From Alphaproteobacteria bacterium (lineage in GTDB: Bacteria; Pseudomonadota; Alphaproteobacteria; Rhodospirillales; Rhodospirillaceae), in the NCBI GenBank assembly GCA_031362385.1, contig JANLSL010000273.1:1-60488 (forward strand): a stretch of DNA of 60,488 nt. The letters are read 5' to 3'. The stretch's first letter is position 1, and every line of letters starts with the position of its first letter. The notes under the pieces were generated by a model. The model was given only the letters and a program-made list of their open reading frames with translations. It was not told the DNA's origin and did not search any database. The position numbers and the translations under genes are program-made. Of the stretch, positions 1 to 8,591 are shown piece after piece.

Positions 1-141
1 ACCATAGCGCACCTATTCCGCATGGCTGCATCTGTCCGCCCGGTTCGGAGAAAACATGCCAAGGCGCGACATGCCCCCGTCGAGCGAGAAATGCGACAGG
101 AGGCCCAAGACAATGACACACAACCCCAAGCCCGATGTGAC
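1..141. repeat. Terminal direct repeat, copy 1 (identical to 60348..60488)
   Basis: Exact 141-nt identity between window start and window end; offset 60,347 bp. Confidence 0.95.
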
Positions 142-346
142 GCAGGAACGGCCAGTGTTGAAGCGATGCGCTAAATGTGGTTCGCTGTCTTACCCCATCG
201 CAGCAACCCAAGACGGTAGCGAAGAAATACTCGCTATAGCGACATGTGCCAAGATGGGTGAAATGCCGAGCAATTATGTGTCTTACAGGGAAGTCGCGCG
301 TGTGCTTGGCCGCGCCATCCTCGAAGCAGTGGGAGATTGGAAATGA
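113..346 (+). CDS. Hypothetical small protein (77 aa) with CxxC pair
   Basis: ATG at 113 overlaps the stop (114-116) of the Cys-rich gene that crosses the contig junction; AGGAGG upstream; the ORF-track start at 56 lies inside that upstream gene. Confidence 0.5.
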   Translation: MTHNPKPDVTQERPVLKRCAKCGSLSYPIAATQDGSEEILAIATCAKMGEMPSNYVSYREVARVLGRAILEAVGDWK

Positions 347-570
347 ACGACTGGCAGGACATAAGCACCGCGCCAAAGAAGACATATATTCTACTTATTC
401 GGTGGGCGCCAGATACGCAGTGGCACGGTCGAATGGAGGTTGACAGATACCGCGCCGACACTGGAACGTTTGGAACGCGCAATGGAAACTTTGGAACGTT
501 CAATAATTGGTATCCGCCGACCCACTGGATGCCCTTGCCCCTGCCACCAAAGATCGGAGAGACGGAATGA
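343..570 (+). CDS. DUF551-like small phage protein
   Basis: MNDWQDISTAPK...THWMPLPLPP pattern typical of DUF551-like phage proteins; ATGA overlap with previous stop; GGGAG 7 nt upstream (track start 337 is TTG). Confidence 0.6.
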   Translation: MNDWQDISTAPKKTYILLIRWAPDTQWHGRMEVDRYRADTGTFGTRNGNFGTFNNWYPPTHWMPLPLPPKIGETE

Positions 571-986
571 CCGACAAGCTGCAAATCGCGCGCATGACCG
601 CAATAGACGATGAGATGGGTATCTATGATCCGGTCTTATCGAAAGAAGATGAGGCGCTTTTAAAGCCCATCGAAGATGCAATCGCGTTCGAGTTGTCGAA
701 AGACGGTATAGCTGTCTGTTCGGCCACATTGCTTCGTATGGCATATCCCGCCCTCCTCGCCATCCAAGCAACCGAAGCGCGCATGGCACAGGCTGTTGAG
801 GCTGAGCGAAGCCTTCTAGCTGAAGCGTCCCAGTTTTTGAGTGATGTTTACAATCTACTCTGCCCGATAAAATCAGAGTGGGAGCAGGCGGGCATGTGGA
901 CAGAGTTTGACGAGACGGTTTTCAATAAACGCGCAGACTTAAACCTTCGTATTCATGAGGCAATCAGGAGCCAGAGCAATGGATAA
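567..986 (+). CDS. Hypothetical early protein (139 aa)
   Basis: ATGA overlap with upstream stop; long ORF in an operon of translationally coupled genes. Confidence 0.6.
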   Translation: MTDKLQIARMTAIDDEMGIYDPVLSKEDEALLKPIEDAIAFELSKDGIAVCSATLLRMAYPALLAIQATEARMAQAVEAERSLLAEASQFLSDVYNLLCPIKSEWEQAGMWTEFDETVFNKRADLNLRIHEAIRSQSNG

Positions 987-1170
987 AGCAGAGATGTTGA
1001 GGCCCACCGCACGCGAGATTGCGACCAAACTCCGAGAGACGATGGGCTGCAATTGCGACTTGGATAATTGGGAACCCGAACGCTCAACAGGTCATAGTTG
1101 GGTGTGCCGTATTCACAAGGCGGCAACTCATGCCGTAAACACTCGCGCGATGGCGAAGGGAGATGAGTAG
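979..1170 (+). CDS. Hypothetical small protein (63 aa)
   Basis: ATG 979 preceded by AGGAG (966-970); overlaps upstream stop. Confidence 0.45.
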   Translation: MDKAEMLRPTAREIATKLRETMGCNCDLDNWEPERSTGHSWVCRIHKAATHAVNTRAMAKGDE

Positions 1171-1353
1171 ATGATCGCCAGAGAACCCATCGCAATCGGC
1201 TGGCAATCCGCATTGCTGGCAGGTGCATATTTCAGGCTGCAAGAGGCTATGGATAAGCTGCAACCTGTCACTGACAGCGATCTTTATATGCACCTGAAAC
1301 AGGCGATGGAGCCCACCGAAAGCGCGGACGTAGCCTTGGAGAAAAACCGATGA
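1171..1353 (+). CDS. Hypothetical small protein (60 aa)
   Basis: ATG immediately after upstream TAG; GAAGGGAGA upstream. Confidence 0.45.
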   Translation: MIAREPIAIGWQSALLAGAYFRLQEAMDKLQPVTDSDLYMHLKQAMEPTESADVALEKNR

Positions 1354-1565
1354 CCAACCCTAATTGCCGCCGCGTTCGCTCTTGGCAGAGACGTGCCGAA
1401 ACCATCACGCGCAAACTAGACGATTTGGCGCACGATATTCAAGCGCACGTAAAACCGAGCACGGGAGTTGAGTTGTCAATTGTCAATCATTCTGCGCGGC
1501 TCGTTGATGAATGCGACATGCTCGTAGTCAACCTTGATTCATTCGCTGCGGAAGTTTCACGATGA
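1350..1565 (+). CDS. Hypothetical small protein (71 aa)
   Basis: ATGA start/stop overlap with the neighbours on both sides. Confidence 0.5.
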   Translation: MTNPNCRRVRSWQRRAETITRKLDDLAHDIQAHVKPSTGVELSIVNHSARLVDECDMLVVNLDSFAAEVSR

Positions 1566-1888
1566 CCAACCCCGAAGCCCTCGCGCCGGGACTGACCACA
1601 GAAAGCGCGCGGCTGGTGGAGTGTGCACCGCGAGATACCATAGGGCTAAACATATACGAAGGTGAAGGCGTAGGAGAGTGGTGTCGAGAAGCCTCCGCCC
1701 TCATCACCAAGCAGGCCGATGAGATTGCGCGGCTGCAAGAAGATGTGACGCGGCAAATGGCAATCGCGAACAGTGAGTGTAACCGCGCGGAGAAGTTGCG
1801 GGTGGCTTTGGAGTGGATTGCTGGACACTGGTTCAAGGACGGCACGGAATTGCATGATGTAGCCCGCGCGGCGCTTGGGGAGGGCTAG
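1562..1888 (+). CDS. Hypothetical protein (108 aa)
   Basis: ATGA overlap; last gene before a clear terminator. Confidence 0.55.
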   Translation: MTNPEALAPGLTTESARLVECAPRDTIGLNIYEGEGVGEWCREASALITKQADEIARLQEDVTRQMAIANSECNRAEKLRVALEWIAGHWFKDGTELHDVARAALGEG

Positions 1889-1931
1889 GGCCTCACAGGA
1901 ACAGGCTTAGCATATCCAACATTGAACGATC

Positions 1932-1962
1932 AGCCCGCTTTTTCGCGGGCTTTTTGTTGTTT
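1932..1962 (+). terminator. Rho-independent terminator
   Basis: AGCCCGC-tttttc-GCGGGCT hairpin followed by TTTTGTTGTTT. Confidence 0.8.
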
Positions 1963-2112
1963 GCAAGTAATGGAGTCGAAGCTCTAACAATAGAGAGAGT
2001 ATAGATATGGGTCACGTGTAAAAAACGTGGTCCACCACCGCTTATCTATGACCTCATCATAGGAAGGACCCGCGAATTATTTAACGCATATTCACACAAT
2101 CATCATTTTATT

Positions 2113-2177
2113 CTTGACACGCTCGCCAGCTTCTATATTTGGCGCTTGTCACATTGACGGGCTCGCCACCCTAATCG
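2113..2177 (+). promoter_or_regulatory. Promoter-like region with duplicated TTGAC-NN-GCTCGCCA motif
   Basis: TTGACACGCTCGCCAGC (2114-2130) and TTGACGGGCTCGCCACC (2154-2170) match 14/17; TATATT at 2134-2139; lies in the AT-rich 310-bp gap upstream of 2199. Confidence 0.35.
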
Positions 2178-2198
2178 GCCATTGAAAGGAATTCGATC

Positions 2199-2666
2199 AT
2201 GACAACACAATTCGCAATGACAGACGCTAAGGCAAAGCCGCAAAAGGTTCATATCACTTGGTCAATGCATCTAGAGCATGACGATACATGCGGGCCGCCG
2301 GATCAAGAACAAGACGGCTATTGGCCTTCACTCGATCCCAATGATGCGGGCTATATAGGTAAAGCGTCCAAGGTTGAACTTGCTCTCCAATATGCCGCTG
2401 CACAAGAGCGCATGACAGCATGGGAAGCGTGCGGCTGGCATTATGTGGGCGTTATCGCCCGCGCCGATATCCTTATTCCCATAGGTGGCGGATCTTTCCG
2501 CATAATGCAGCTTCAAAGCGCTGGCGTTTGGGGCGTTGAGTCCGATGCGGGCGACTATCTCAATGAACTGTACCAAGAGCAACGCGCCGACTTGCTTGGC
2601 GAATTGGAGCGCATGAGTAGCGCTCTTGCATCGGGTGACGTTGTGGAAGGTGAAGCCAATGCCTAA
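2199..2666 (+). CDS. Hypothetical protein (155 aa)
   Basis: ATG with AAGGA 8 nt upstream; first gene after the intergenic region. Confidence 0.65.
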   Translation: MTTQFAMTDAKAKPQKVHITWSMHLEHDDTCGPPDQEQDGYWPSLDPNDAGYIGKASKVELALQYAAAQERMTAWEACGWHYVGVIARADILIPIGGGSFRIMQLQSAGVWGVESDAGDYLNELYQEQRADLLGELERMSSALASGDVVEGEANA

Positions 2667-2865
2667 GCTCCCCTCTCCCCTCGCCATGCTGGCCGCCTTT
2701 ACCTTGCCCCTCAATGTGGCTGCAATCGCCACCCTGCACGCCAGGGCGCAAGCTACCCCTATTGAGGCGCCAAGCATTGCCAGCACTGCCCTAGAGCGTT
2801 GCCCTATGCCAGCAATCGGTTTGCATCGCGCGCGCAAGCAAAACCATTTGAACGAAAGGAATTGA
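2659..2865 (+). CDS. Hypothetical small protein with signal-peptide-like N-terminus
   Basis: ATG 2659 overlaps the upstream stop; MPKLPSPLAMLAAFTLPLNVAAIATLHARA is a hydrophobic leader. Confidence 0.4.
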   Translation: MPKLPSPLAMLAAFTLPLNVAAIATLHARAQATPIEAPSIASTALERCPMPAIGLHRARKQNHLNERN

Positions 2866-2869
2866 CCCG

Positions 2870-3073
2870 ATGAACGCTCTTCACACATATCGCACCATGC
2901 GCACTCAACAGATAGGCCGCTTGCGCATGTATCGCACGGCAACGCCCATAGGCGGCGGCATGTATCGCGTTGCTACTGCCGTGCATGAATCCACTGTTTC
3001 AGGCGATGCACTGGCAGGGTGGATTGCATCTGCCAGGCGCGACTTGCCGCTGTTTCGTTCATGGATTCGATGA
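2870..3073 (+). CDS. Hypothetical small protein (67 aa)
   Basis: ATG with AAGGA upstream; stop overlaps next start (ATGA). Confidence 0.4.
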   Translation: MNALHTYRTMRTQQIGRLRMYRTATPIGGGMYRVATAVHESTVSGDALAGWIASARRDLPLFRSWIR

Positions 3074-3738
3074 CGGCCGAAACGCTCCACACGGAGCGTC
3101 TGCAGGGAATGCCGAACCCTGCACTGATGAGGCTAGGCAATGGAAGGGAATTTGAGATGCAAGATTATGAGAAAGCCGCGCAACAATTCGCGATTGAGAT
3201 AACGGCCGCCAAGCTGGACGTTCAATGCGTTTTTGTGCCGTTCAGCCAGTCGCGCAACAAAGCGGAAAAGTCGCCAAGCCTGAATTGGCTTTGCACAGTC
3301 ACGCGCGACGGGCGCCCTATCGCCGGGCTCGATTCAGTCGAATACATGCAAGGGATAGGCCATGCGCCAAGCCATAAGTTTGCGCCTAAATTCAGCGATG
3401 GCCGACTTGATAAAGCGACGCAACGTGAGGCCGAATCGATCGAATCCGAAACCGGCAAAATTGCAAAACATAGGGGCGTCATGGGCGGCTTAGCCTATGC
3501 CTCAATCAAGGCAATCGATGCACCTAAGGCGGATGATGTCCTGCAATCGCTTTTCCGCGATGCCGATGCAATCGACTATCCGGAATTTGAGCAATGGGCG
3601 GATGATTGCGGTTTTGATTCTGACTCACGCACAGGCGAAGCAATCTATCGGCAATGTCTGAAAATCGCTTTGGCTTTGCGCGCGTCCGTTGGCGAAAAAG
3701 CCTTTGTCAGCCTTCGCGCTCTTGCGGGGGAAATGTAA
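3070..3738 (+). CDS. Hypothetical protein (222 aa)
   Basis: ATGA overlap at 3070-3073; the track ORF 3019.. extends into the upstream gene. Confidence 0.6.
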   Translation: MTAETLHTERLQGMPNPALMRLGNGREFEMQDYEKAAQQFAIEITAAKLDVQCVFVPFSQSRNKAEKSPSLNWLCTVTRDGRPIAGLDSVEYMQGIGHAPSHKFAPKFSDGRLDKATQREAESIESETGKIAKHRGVMGGLAYASIKAIDAPKADDVLQSLFRDADAIDYPEFEQWADDCGFDSDSRTGEAIYRQCLKIALALRASVGEKAFVSLRALAGEM

Positions 3739-3911
3739 TGTTCAAACTATCCTTTGAGACTGGCAACGCGGCTTTTGACGAAACGCCTGCAACCGAAATT
3801 GCCCGAATCCTTCGCGACATTGCGCGCAAGGTTGAACAAGGGGAATCATTCGGCGGCCGCATTCGCGACGTGAACGGCAACACTATCGGACTATGGGAGG
3901 CTGGAAACTAA
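3738..3911 (+). CDS. Hypothetical small protein (57 aa)
   Basis: TAATG overlap with upstream stop. Confidence 0.45.
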   Translation: MFKLSFETGNAAFDETPATEIARILRDIARKVEQGESFGGRIRDVNGNTIGLWEAGN

Positions 3912-3994
3912 CAGCGAAACGCGCGGCATAGCGTCGCGCGTCGGCAAGGATTGGCCGCCCTGCCCTGACGAGCTGGCCACTGGAAGGAAATGAA

Positions 3995-5839
3995 ATGGAA
4001 CATTGCAACATTGCGGGCGCGGCTCGCTTCGATCTATTCGACTGCGAGAAATTCGGGCGCGAATTCGTTTGTGCAAAGCCTAAGCCACGCCAGGCGACAG
4101 CGAAAGAACAGCGCGCATATATGCGCTGGCTGGCTGACAAAGCCGGATTGCACGCATTTGAGGAAATGAAGCTAAGTAGCAATGGCGCCACCTTTGGCGA
4201 TTGCGATAGCGCCTCAACCTATGATCCCGCGACGCGTGCCTATACCGTGCCAGTCTATCAGAAAGGCGCCTATTCAATCCCCCTGCCCGGCCGCAATTCG
4301 CACCATGACAAGGTCACACTGGAAACGCTGGACGAATCGGGCGCCGTGGTTGCGTCGCAAACATTGCCGCGCGAGCCGAAAAAGCTAGGCGTCATTTGGG
4401 ACAAGGCGGCCGTGCATAAGGCTGTTGGACCTATCGCCAAGCCAGCCAGGGCGCGCAAGGTTGCACCCCCCATCGTGCCAAATGATCAGGCGCCGGATCC
4501 AGTCGCGCCGGTCAAGGTCAAGATACGTCTGGTCGCCGTTGCATCGGATGCACCCCCTATCGTGGGAATGACGGAACGACCGGCGCGCGATTACTGGAAT
4601 CTGCAGGCGCAATGGACCGTGCGCGGCCGTCACTCATTCATCAATGAATATGACGCGGGCAATTATGAGCAATTCATAGCAGCGCCCGGCGATGCTTTCG
4701 AGTCTTGCGAAGGCGATCGATCGCGCTGGTATGCGCAACGGCGCGGGCGCATTGCCGCCTATGGTGAAGGATACGCCAGCCAAGCCGAAGCGATTGCGGA
4801 AGTGGAGCGCATCATGGCAGCGGATAACAGCCCCATCGTGGCAAATCCGCCCCATGACACCCCATCGCCGCTTAATGACGCCCCAAGCGCCGTGCACGGC
4901 GTCGCAGAGGCGGTTGAGGCGGCTATCGTGTCGCAATGCGGCGATATCGCAAGGGAAGCTATTGACAGCGGGCGCATGGAAATTGTGACTGTGGGATTTG
5001 ATCAGCCAAAGGCGAGCGAGTCCGAACCGGTTGAGATGTCCGATAATAGCGGACAACTGCCAGCGGATCCTATCGCGGAACTGGTCGCGCGCATTGCTGA
5101 GATTGAGCGCGAACTGGCAATTCATCGGAATTTGATCATCGAAGCTAATCCGCTTCCGGAAGATGCCCCGGCCGTGGAAACGGCGATCGACACCCCTATC
5201 ATCGCAAAGCCCAAGCGCTCGCCGGCGCATGTGCGGGCGATCATGGCTTATCTGGCAATGCGTAAACAACGGCGCATATTCCGCGATGCCGCTGATCAGA
5301 TGATGAAAGCACGCGACAATTTGCAGGGCATGTTAAAATCAACAGAGTCGCAATCGCGGATATTCTATGACCAGAAGCAAGAATATTATGCCAACTGGCA
5401 ACGCGATGAGCTTGCGCTGCAATCAATGACCGCCAAGCGCCGCCGTGCCGTCATCCGCGCACGCAAATGGAATCAACTCGCTTGGCAAATGACGCGCGCC
5501 GTCGATGGCATGGCGATCGAATATGCCGCCGAATTAACGAAGCGCAAGGCGGTCAACACTTATTACGATGAAGGGCATCGCGAGCGTCCGGATCAGATTG
5601 CCAGGGTTCAGGATCAGGCATTTGCTGCCAATGATCGGGCCGATACCCTTTCAGGGGAATTGGCGACGGCACAAGCGACGATCGCCACCATGCAGAGCCG
5701 CATTGACCCTCTATCGGAGGAATTAATGAGCATGACAGGGCGCGCTCTACGTGCGGAAGTCGCGCTTGCCGCAACGGCGGCGCGGGTTGATGGATGGCCG
5801 CCAGCGGTTGCCAAGGTGACGTTTGGGAGGGCGGCATGA
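3995..5839 (+). CDS. Large early protein of unknown function (614 aa), coiled-coil C-terminal half
   Basis: Long ORF; GGAAGGAAA upstream of ATG; no motif recognised. Confidence 0.7.
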   Translation: MEHCNIAGAARFDLFDCEKFGREFVCAKPKPRQATAKEQRAYMRWLADKAGLHAFEEMKLSSNGATFGDCDSASTYDPATRAYTVPVYQKGAYSIPLPGRNSHHDKVTLETLDESGAVVASQTLPREPKKLGVIWDKAAVHKAVGPIAKPARARKVAPPIVPNDQAPDPVAPVKVKIRLVAVASDAPPIVGMTERPARDYWNLQAQWTVRGRHSFINEYDAGNYEQFIAAPGDAFESCEGDRSRWYAQRRGRIAAYGEGYASQAEAIAEVERIMAADNSPIVANPPHDTPSPLNDAPSAVHGVAEAVEAAIVSQCGDIAREAIDSGRMEIVTVGFDQPKASESEPVEMSDNSGQLPADPIAELVARIAEIERELAIHRNLIIEANPLPEDAPAVETAIDTPIIAKPKRSPAHVRAIMAYLAMRKQRRIFRDAADQMMKARDNLQGMLKSTESQSRIFYDQKQEYYANWQRDELALQSMTAKRRRAVIRARKWNQLAWQMTRAVDGMAIEYAAELTKRKAVNTYYDEGHRERPDQIARVQDQAFAANDRADTLSGELATAQATIATMQSRIDPLSEELMSMTGRALRAEVALAATAARVDGWPPAVAKVTFGRAA

Positions 5840-6174
5840 GCGTTAAGTCAAAGGTTGAGCAGGCTCGCGCCGCAATCAATCATGCTGGGTTCGCCAAGGC
5901 GAAAGACTCTCCGAACGAAGCTAGGGTTGCACTGATTAGGATGATCGCAGCCGGGCGACATTTTGCCGACGCGTATGATATTAATTACATGGACTGCGCC
6001 AATCAGGCCCTAAAAATCTATCAAGGCGATACGAATTCCATGAAATACAAAGGTTGGGATCGCCGTCATGACGACAACAAAGCCGAGGGACGTCCGGTTG
6101 GCAATCAATGGAGCGATGATGGAGTTTATTACGTCCAAGGCGTGAAGATGCACGGCCCTAAGAGGCGGCCATGA
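5836..6174 (+). CDS. Hypothetical protein (112 aa)
   Basis: ATGA overlaps on both sides. Confidence 0.6.
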   Translation: MSVKSKVEQARAAINHAGFAKAKDSPNEARVALIRMIAAGRHFADAYDINYMDCANQALKIYQGDTNSMKYKGWDRRHDDNKAEGRPVGNQWSDDGVYYVQGVKMHGPKRRP

Positions 6175-6824
6175 TCGCCCGCCCGACAAGCCTTTGCGCG
6201 CTCGCTGGCAATTGGCAGGGCGAAATGCCAGACGGCGGCGCGATGACAGAATCGAAGCTAGACGGATGGCGCCTGCTCTATATCGACGGCCAATGCTTCA
6301 CGCGGAACGGAATGCCGTACAAAGGTGTGAGGCATATCGAACGCGCGCTCGCCTTGCTGCAGATGCAATTCGACCGGCCGCATTTTCTCGACGGTGAGTT
6401 TGTTGTCGGGACAGGGATCCACACGCTCGCGCAAACAAAGGCTCACCAGGATAGCGGCTGGAAAGGCGGCGACGCTGGGACGCTTTGGCTGTTTGATACC
6501 GTGCCTCTGGACCGATGGCGATCGGATGATTGCGAGATGCCTCTCTACGAACGTAAAAAGGCGCTCGGGGGGGCTATCAGGGGAATGATGGGCGCGCCTG
6601 AGGCTTGGGAGTTGGGCTGGACCGAGGGCGTGGAATGCCCGGTCAAGATCGTGCCGGATCAATGGGCGTTTGATCGGGGAGACGTGGAGCGCATGGCGCT
6701 GGACGTTTGGGCGCGGGGCGGCGAAGGGGTGCTGGTTAAGGATGCAGAATCGCTTTACCGTCGCAGGCGATCGGAAGCGTGGCAAAAGTATCGCAAAGAC
6801 ATTTCATTGAGGCGGGCGGCCTGA
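6171..6824 (+). CDS. ATP-dependent DNA ligase, minimal nucleotidyltransferase-only form (217 aa)
   Basis: Motif I KLDGWR, motif III LDGEFVV, motif IV LWLFD, motif V EGVLVKD; the ORF ends just after ...WQKYRK, with no OB-fold or motif VI region. Confidence 0.8.
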   Translation: MIARPTSLCALAGNWQGEMPDGGAMTESKLDGWRLLYIDGQCFTRNGMPYKGVRHIERALALLQMQFDRPHFLDGEFVVGTGIHTLAQTKAHQDSGWKGGDAGTLWLFDTVPLDRWRSDDCEMPLYERKKALGGAIRGMMGAPEAWELGWTEGVECPVKIVPDQWAFDRGDVERMALDVWARGGEGVLVKDAESLYRRRRSEAWQKYRKDISLRRAA

Positions 6825-6854
6825 CCCCCTACCGTAGCATATAAAGGAATCGAC

Positions 6855-7193
6855 ATGACTGAAGAATTCACCCGCCAGCGCATCAGCCAGAGCAAGGGGC
6901 CGACGTTGAAATTCAATGGCAAGTTGCTCGCGTCATCGACGGACAACCCGCACGAGAACAAGAGCCGCTGGCTGGATAATGAATTGTATGAGACGCCCGC
7001 CGGCGCATGGGTTGCAGTCTTCTACGGCCGCAACGATGACAAGGATCAGGATTTCGTGAAAGCAGCGGTGATCGAACCGGGGCCGGATGAGATGGCGCGG
7101 ATCATGGCCGCGCTTGACGCTTTGGAATGGACCAAGGTTTCTCGCGTGCTCGCCAAGCAAATGGGCTGGTCGCTGAATTTGGAGATTGAGTGA
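6855..7193 (+). CDS. Hypothetical protein (112 aa)
   Basis: ATG with AAGGA upstream; last gene of the plus arm. Confidence 0.6.
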   Translation: MTEEFTRQRISQSKGPTLKFNGKLLASSTDNPHENKSRWLDNELYETPAGAWVAVFYGRNDDKDQDFVKAAVIEPGPDEMARIMAALDALEWTKVSRVLAKQMGWSLNLEIE

Positions 7194-7348
7194 TCCTATC
7201 AGGGGAATTCGGGCCAAACCGAAACGACAACCGGCGCTAGTCAGGGCTCAGGGCCTCACTGACAAGCACATAAGGGGGTATCGGGGCAATCCATCGTCAC
7301 CCCTATCAGGGAAATTCGGCACACCCCCCTACCGTGGGAATTGTCGAA

Positions 7349-7389
7349 CCGGGGCGGAACAGAATGTGTGGCTCAATCGCCCGCCCCGG
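7349..7389. other. 9-bp GC-rich inverted repeat at the convergent operon junction
   Basis: CCGGGGCGG ... CCGCCCCGG with a 23-nt loop; no U-tract on either strand, so terminator function is uncertain. Confidence 0.4.
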
Positions 7390-7415
7390 CCCTCACCTGC
7401 CCGTAGCAGGCAAGC

Positions 7416-8213
7416 CTAGATCATCGAGAGAATCTGGAATTGAGCCTGATACCGGATCTGGTTCGGGGCGGCAGGTTTGAAGAATGTCGGCGATGAAAGC
7501 CAACCGAAATAGGTTTTGCTTTGCCTTTGAATTGTCGCGTCTGAATCGAACAGCCAGAGAGCCACACCGCGCTTGCCCAGCGTCTCGACCAGAGGCTGAA
7601 AATTGGTCGATCGATCACTGTCCGTCATCCACCCGAAATTCATCGAGAGCGTCCGCATGAGGCGGCCGTCGGCTTCGTCCACAACCCCGAAGCGGCCCCA
7701 ATCGATCTCGGCCTGGTCGGCAACGCCAAACTCGAAATCTGGCGAATAGAAATCTGCAAACTGAACTTTCTTGCCAAGCACAATTGCGGCTGCGATGAAA
7801 TCTCCGGTGTGACCGGCGAAATCAATGCGCCACCATTGCTTTGTTTGGAGCGCCGGAAATTCGAGATGCGAGCAATAGAGGCCATCGGTCCGCGTGATCG
7901 ATGGATTGATGAAGGCAACCGCAGTGCTGTCATAATCCGCCGTGCCATCGACCTCGGCCTGGGTATCTCCAACTCTGACTCGGATCGTTGTTCCAACAAG
8001 CGCGTTGGCTGAAATCACCGAACAGAAATCCATAGCCTTCGCAGAGCCGAAATTGCCGCGCACCCAAAGGTTCGTGTTGCCGCTCGATTGCCAGACCATA
8101 CCAGGATTCTTGAACTCATTGAGATGAATTGCCGGCCGACTTGCGATTTCATTGCCAGTGGTGACGGTCCCGAGCGGAAGCGGAACAACTGCAAAAGGTT
8201 TCTGGATTGCCAC
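7416..8213 (-). CDS. Hypothetical late protein (265 aa), possibly virion or tail associated
   Basis: GTG start 3 nt after upstream stop; last gene of the late operon; beta-rich sequence; no family recognised. Confidence 0.65.
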   Translation of the reverse strand: MAIQKPFAVVPLPLGTVTTGNEIASRPAIHLNEFKNPGMVWQSSGNTNLWVRGNFGSAKAMDFCSVISANALVGTTIRVRVGDTQAEVDGTADYDSTAVAFINPSITRTDGLYCSHLEFPALQTKQWWRIDFAGHTGDFIAAAIVLGKKVQFADFYSPDFEFGVADQAEIDWGRFGVVDEADGRLMRTLSMNFGWMTDSDRSTNFQPLVETLGKRGVALWLFDSDATIQRQSKTYFGWLSSPTFFKPAAPNQIRYQAQFQILSMI

Positions 8214-8216
8214 GTT

Positions 8217-8591
8217 CTACCCCCAAATTTCCACGACGGTTTGTTCGTTCCCGAAATTGATCGAAATCTCTGAGACAAGTGCTGCCATGTTCACCAGCCT
8301 TTCATCATCGATCAGTGTCACATTCGGGTTTGTTGAAGTGTAAGTCATTGCGAGCCCTGTTGACTCGCCTGTGATTGCCACCGAGAAGCGCCGCCGATCG
8401 GCTGAGAGCAACGTCTTGCGGGCATCGCAGATTGATTGTGCATCGGTCTGTGCTTCGAAATAGGTTTCAACGGGATCCTCATTGCGCCTTGCATCGTCGC
8501 CATATTTTGCGACGACACCGCTGTCCGGACCGTTTTTGACAATCCGGAAGCCCTGCGTGATGAATGCGATTTGGGCGGCGGTGGCTGGCAT
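8217..8591 (-). CDS. Hypothetical late protein (124 aa)
   Basis: TAATG coupling to the upstream gene. Confidence 0.65.
   Translation of the reverse strand: MPATAAQIAFITQGFRIVKNGPDSGVVAKYGDDARRNEDPVETYFEAQTDAQSICDARKTLLSADRRRFSVAITGESTGLAMTYTSTNPNVTLIDDERLVNMAALVSEISINFGNEQTVVEIWG

Noticed and set aside
1-141. The 141-bp terminal repeat as a genuine physical direct terminal repeat
   Set aside because: The terminase is GpA/Nu1 (cos) type. A gene reads through the junction. The exact length is typical of an assembler overlap. It is kept only as evidence of circular closure.
4634-5269. 211-aa minus-strand ORF
   Set aside because: It is antisense to the 614-aa early gene in a plus-strand-only operon.
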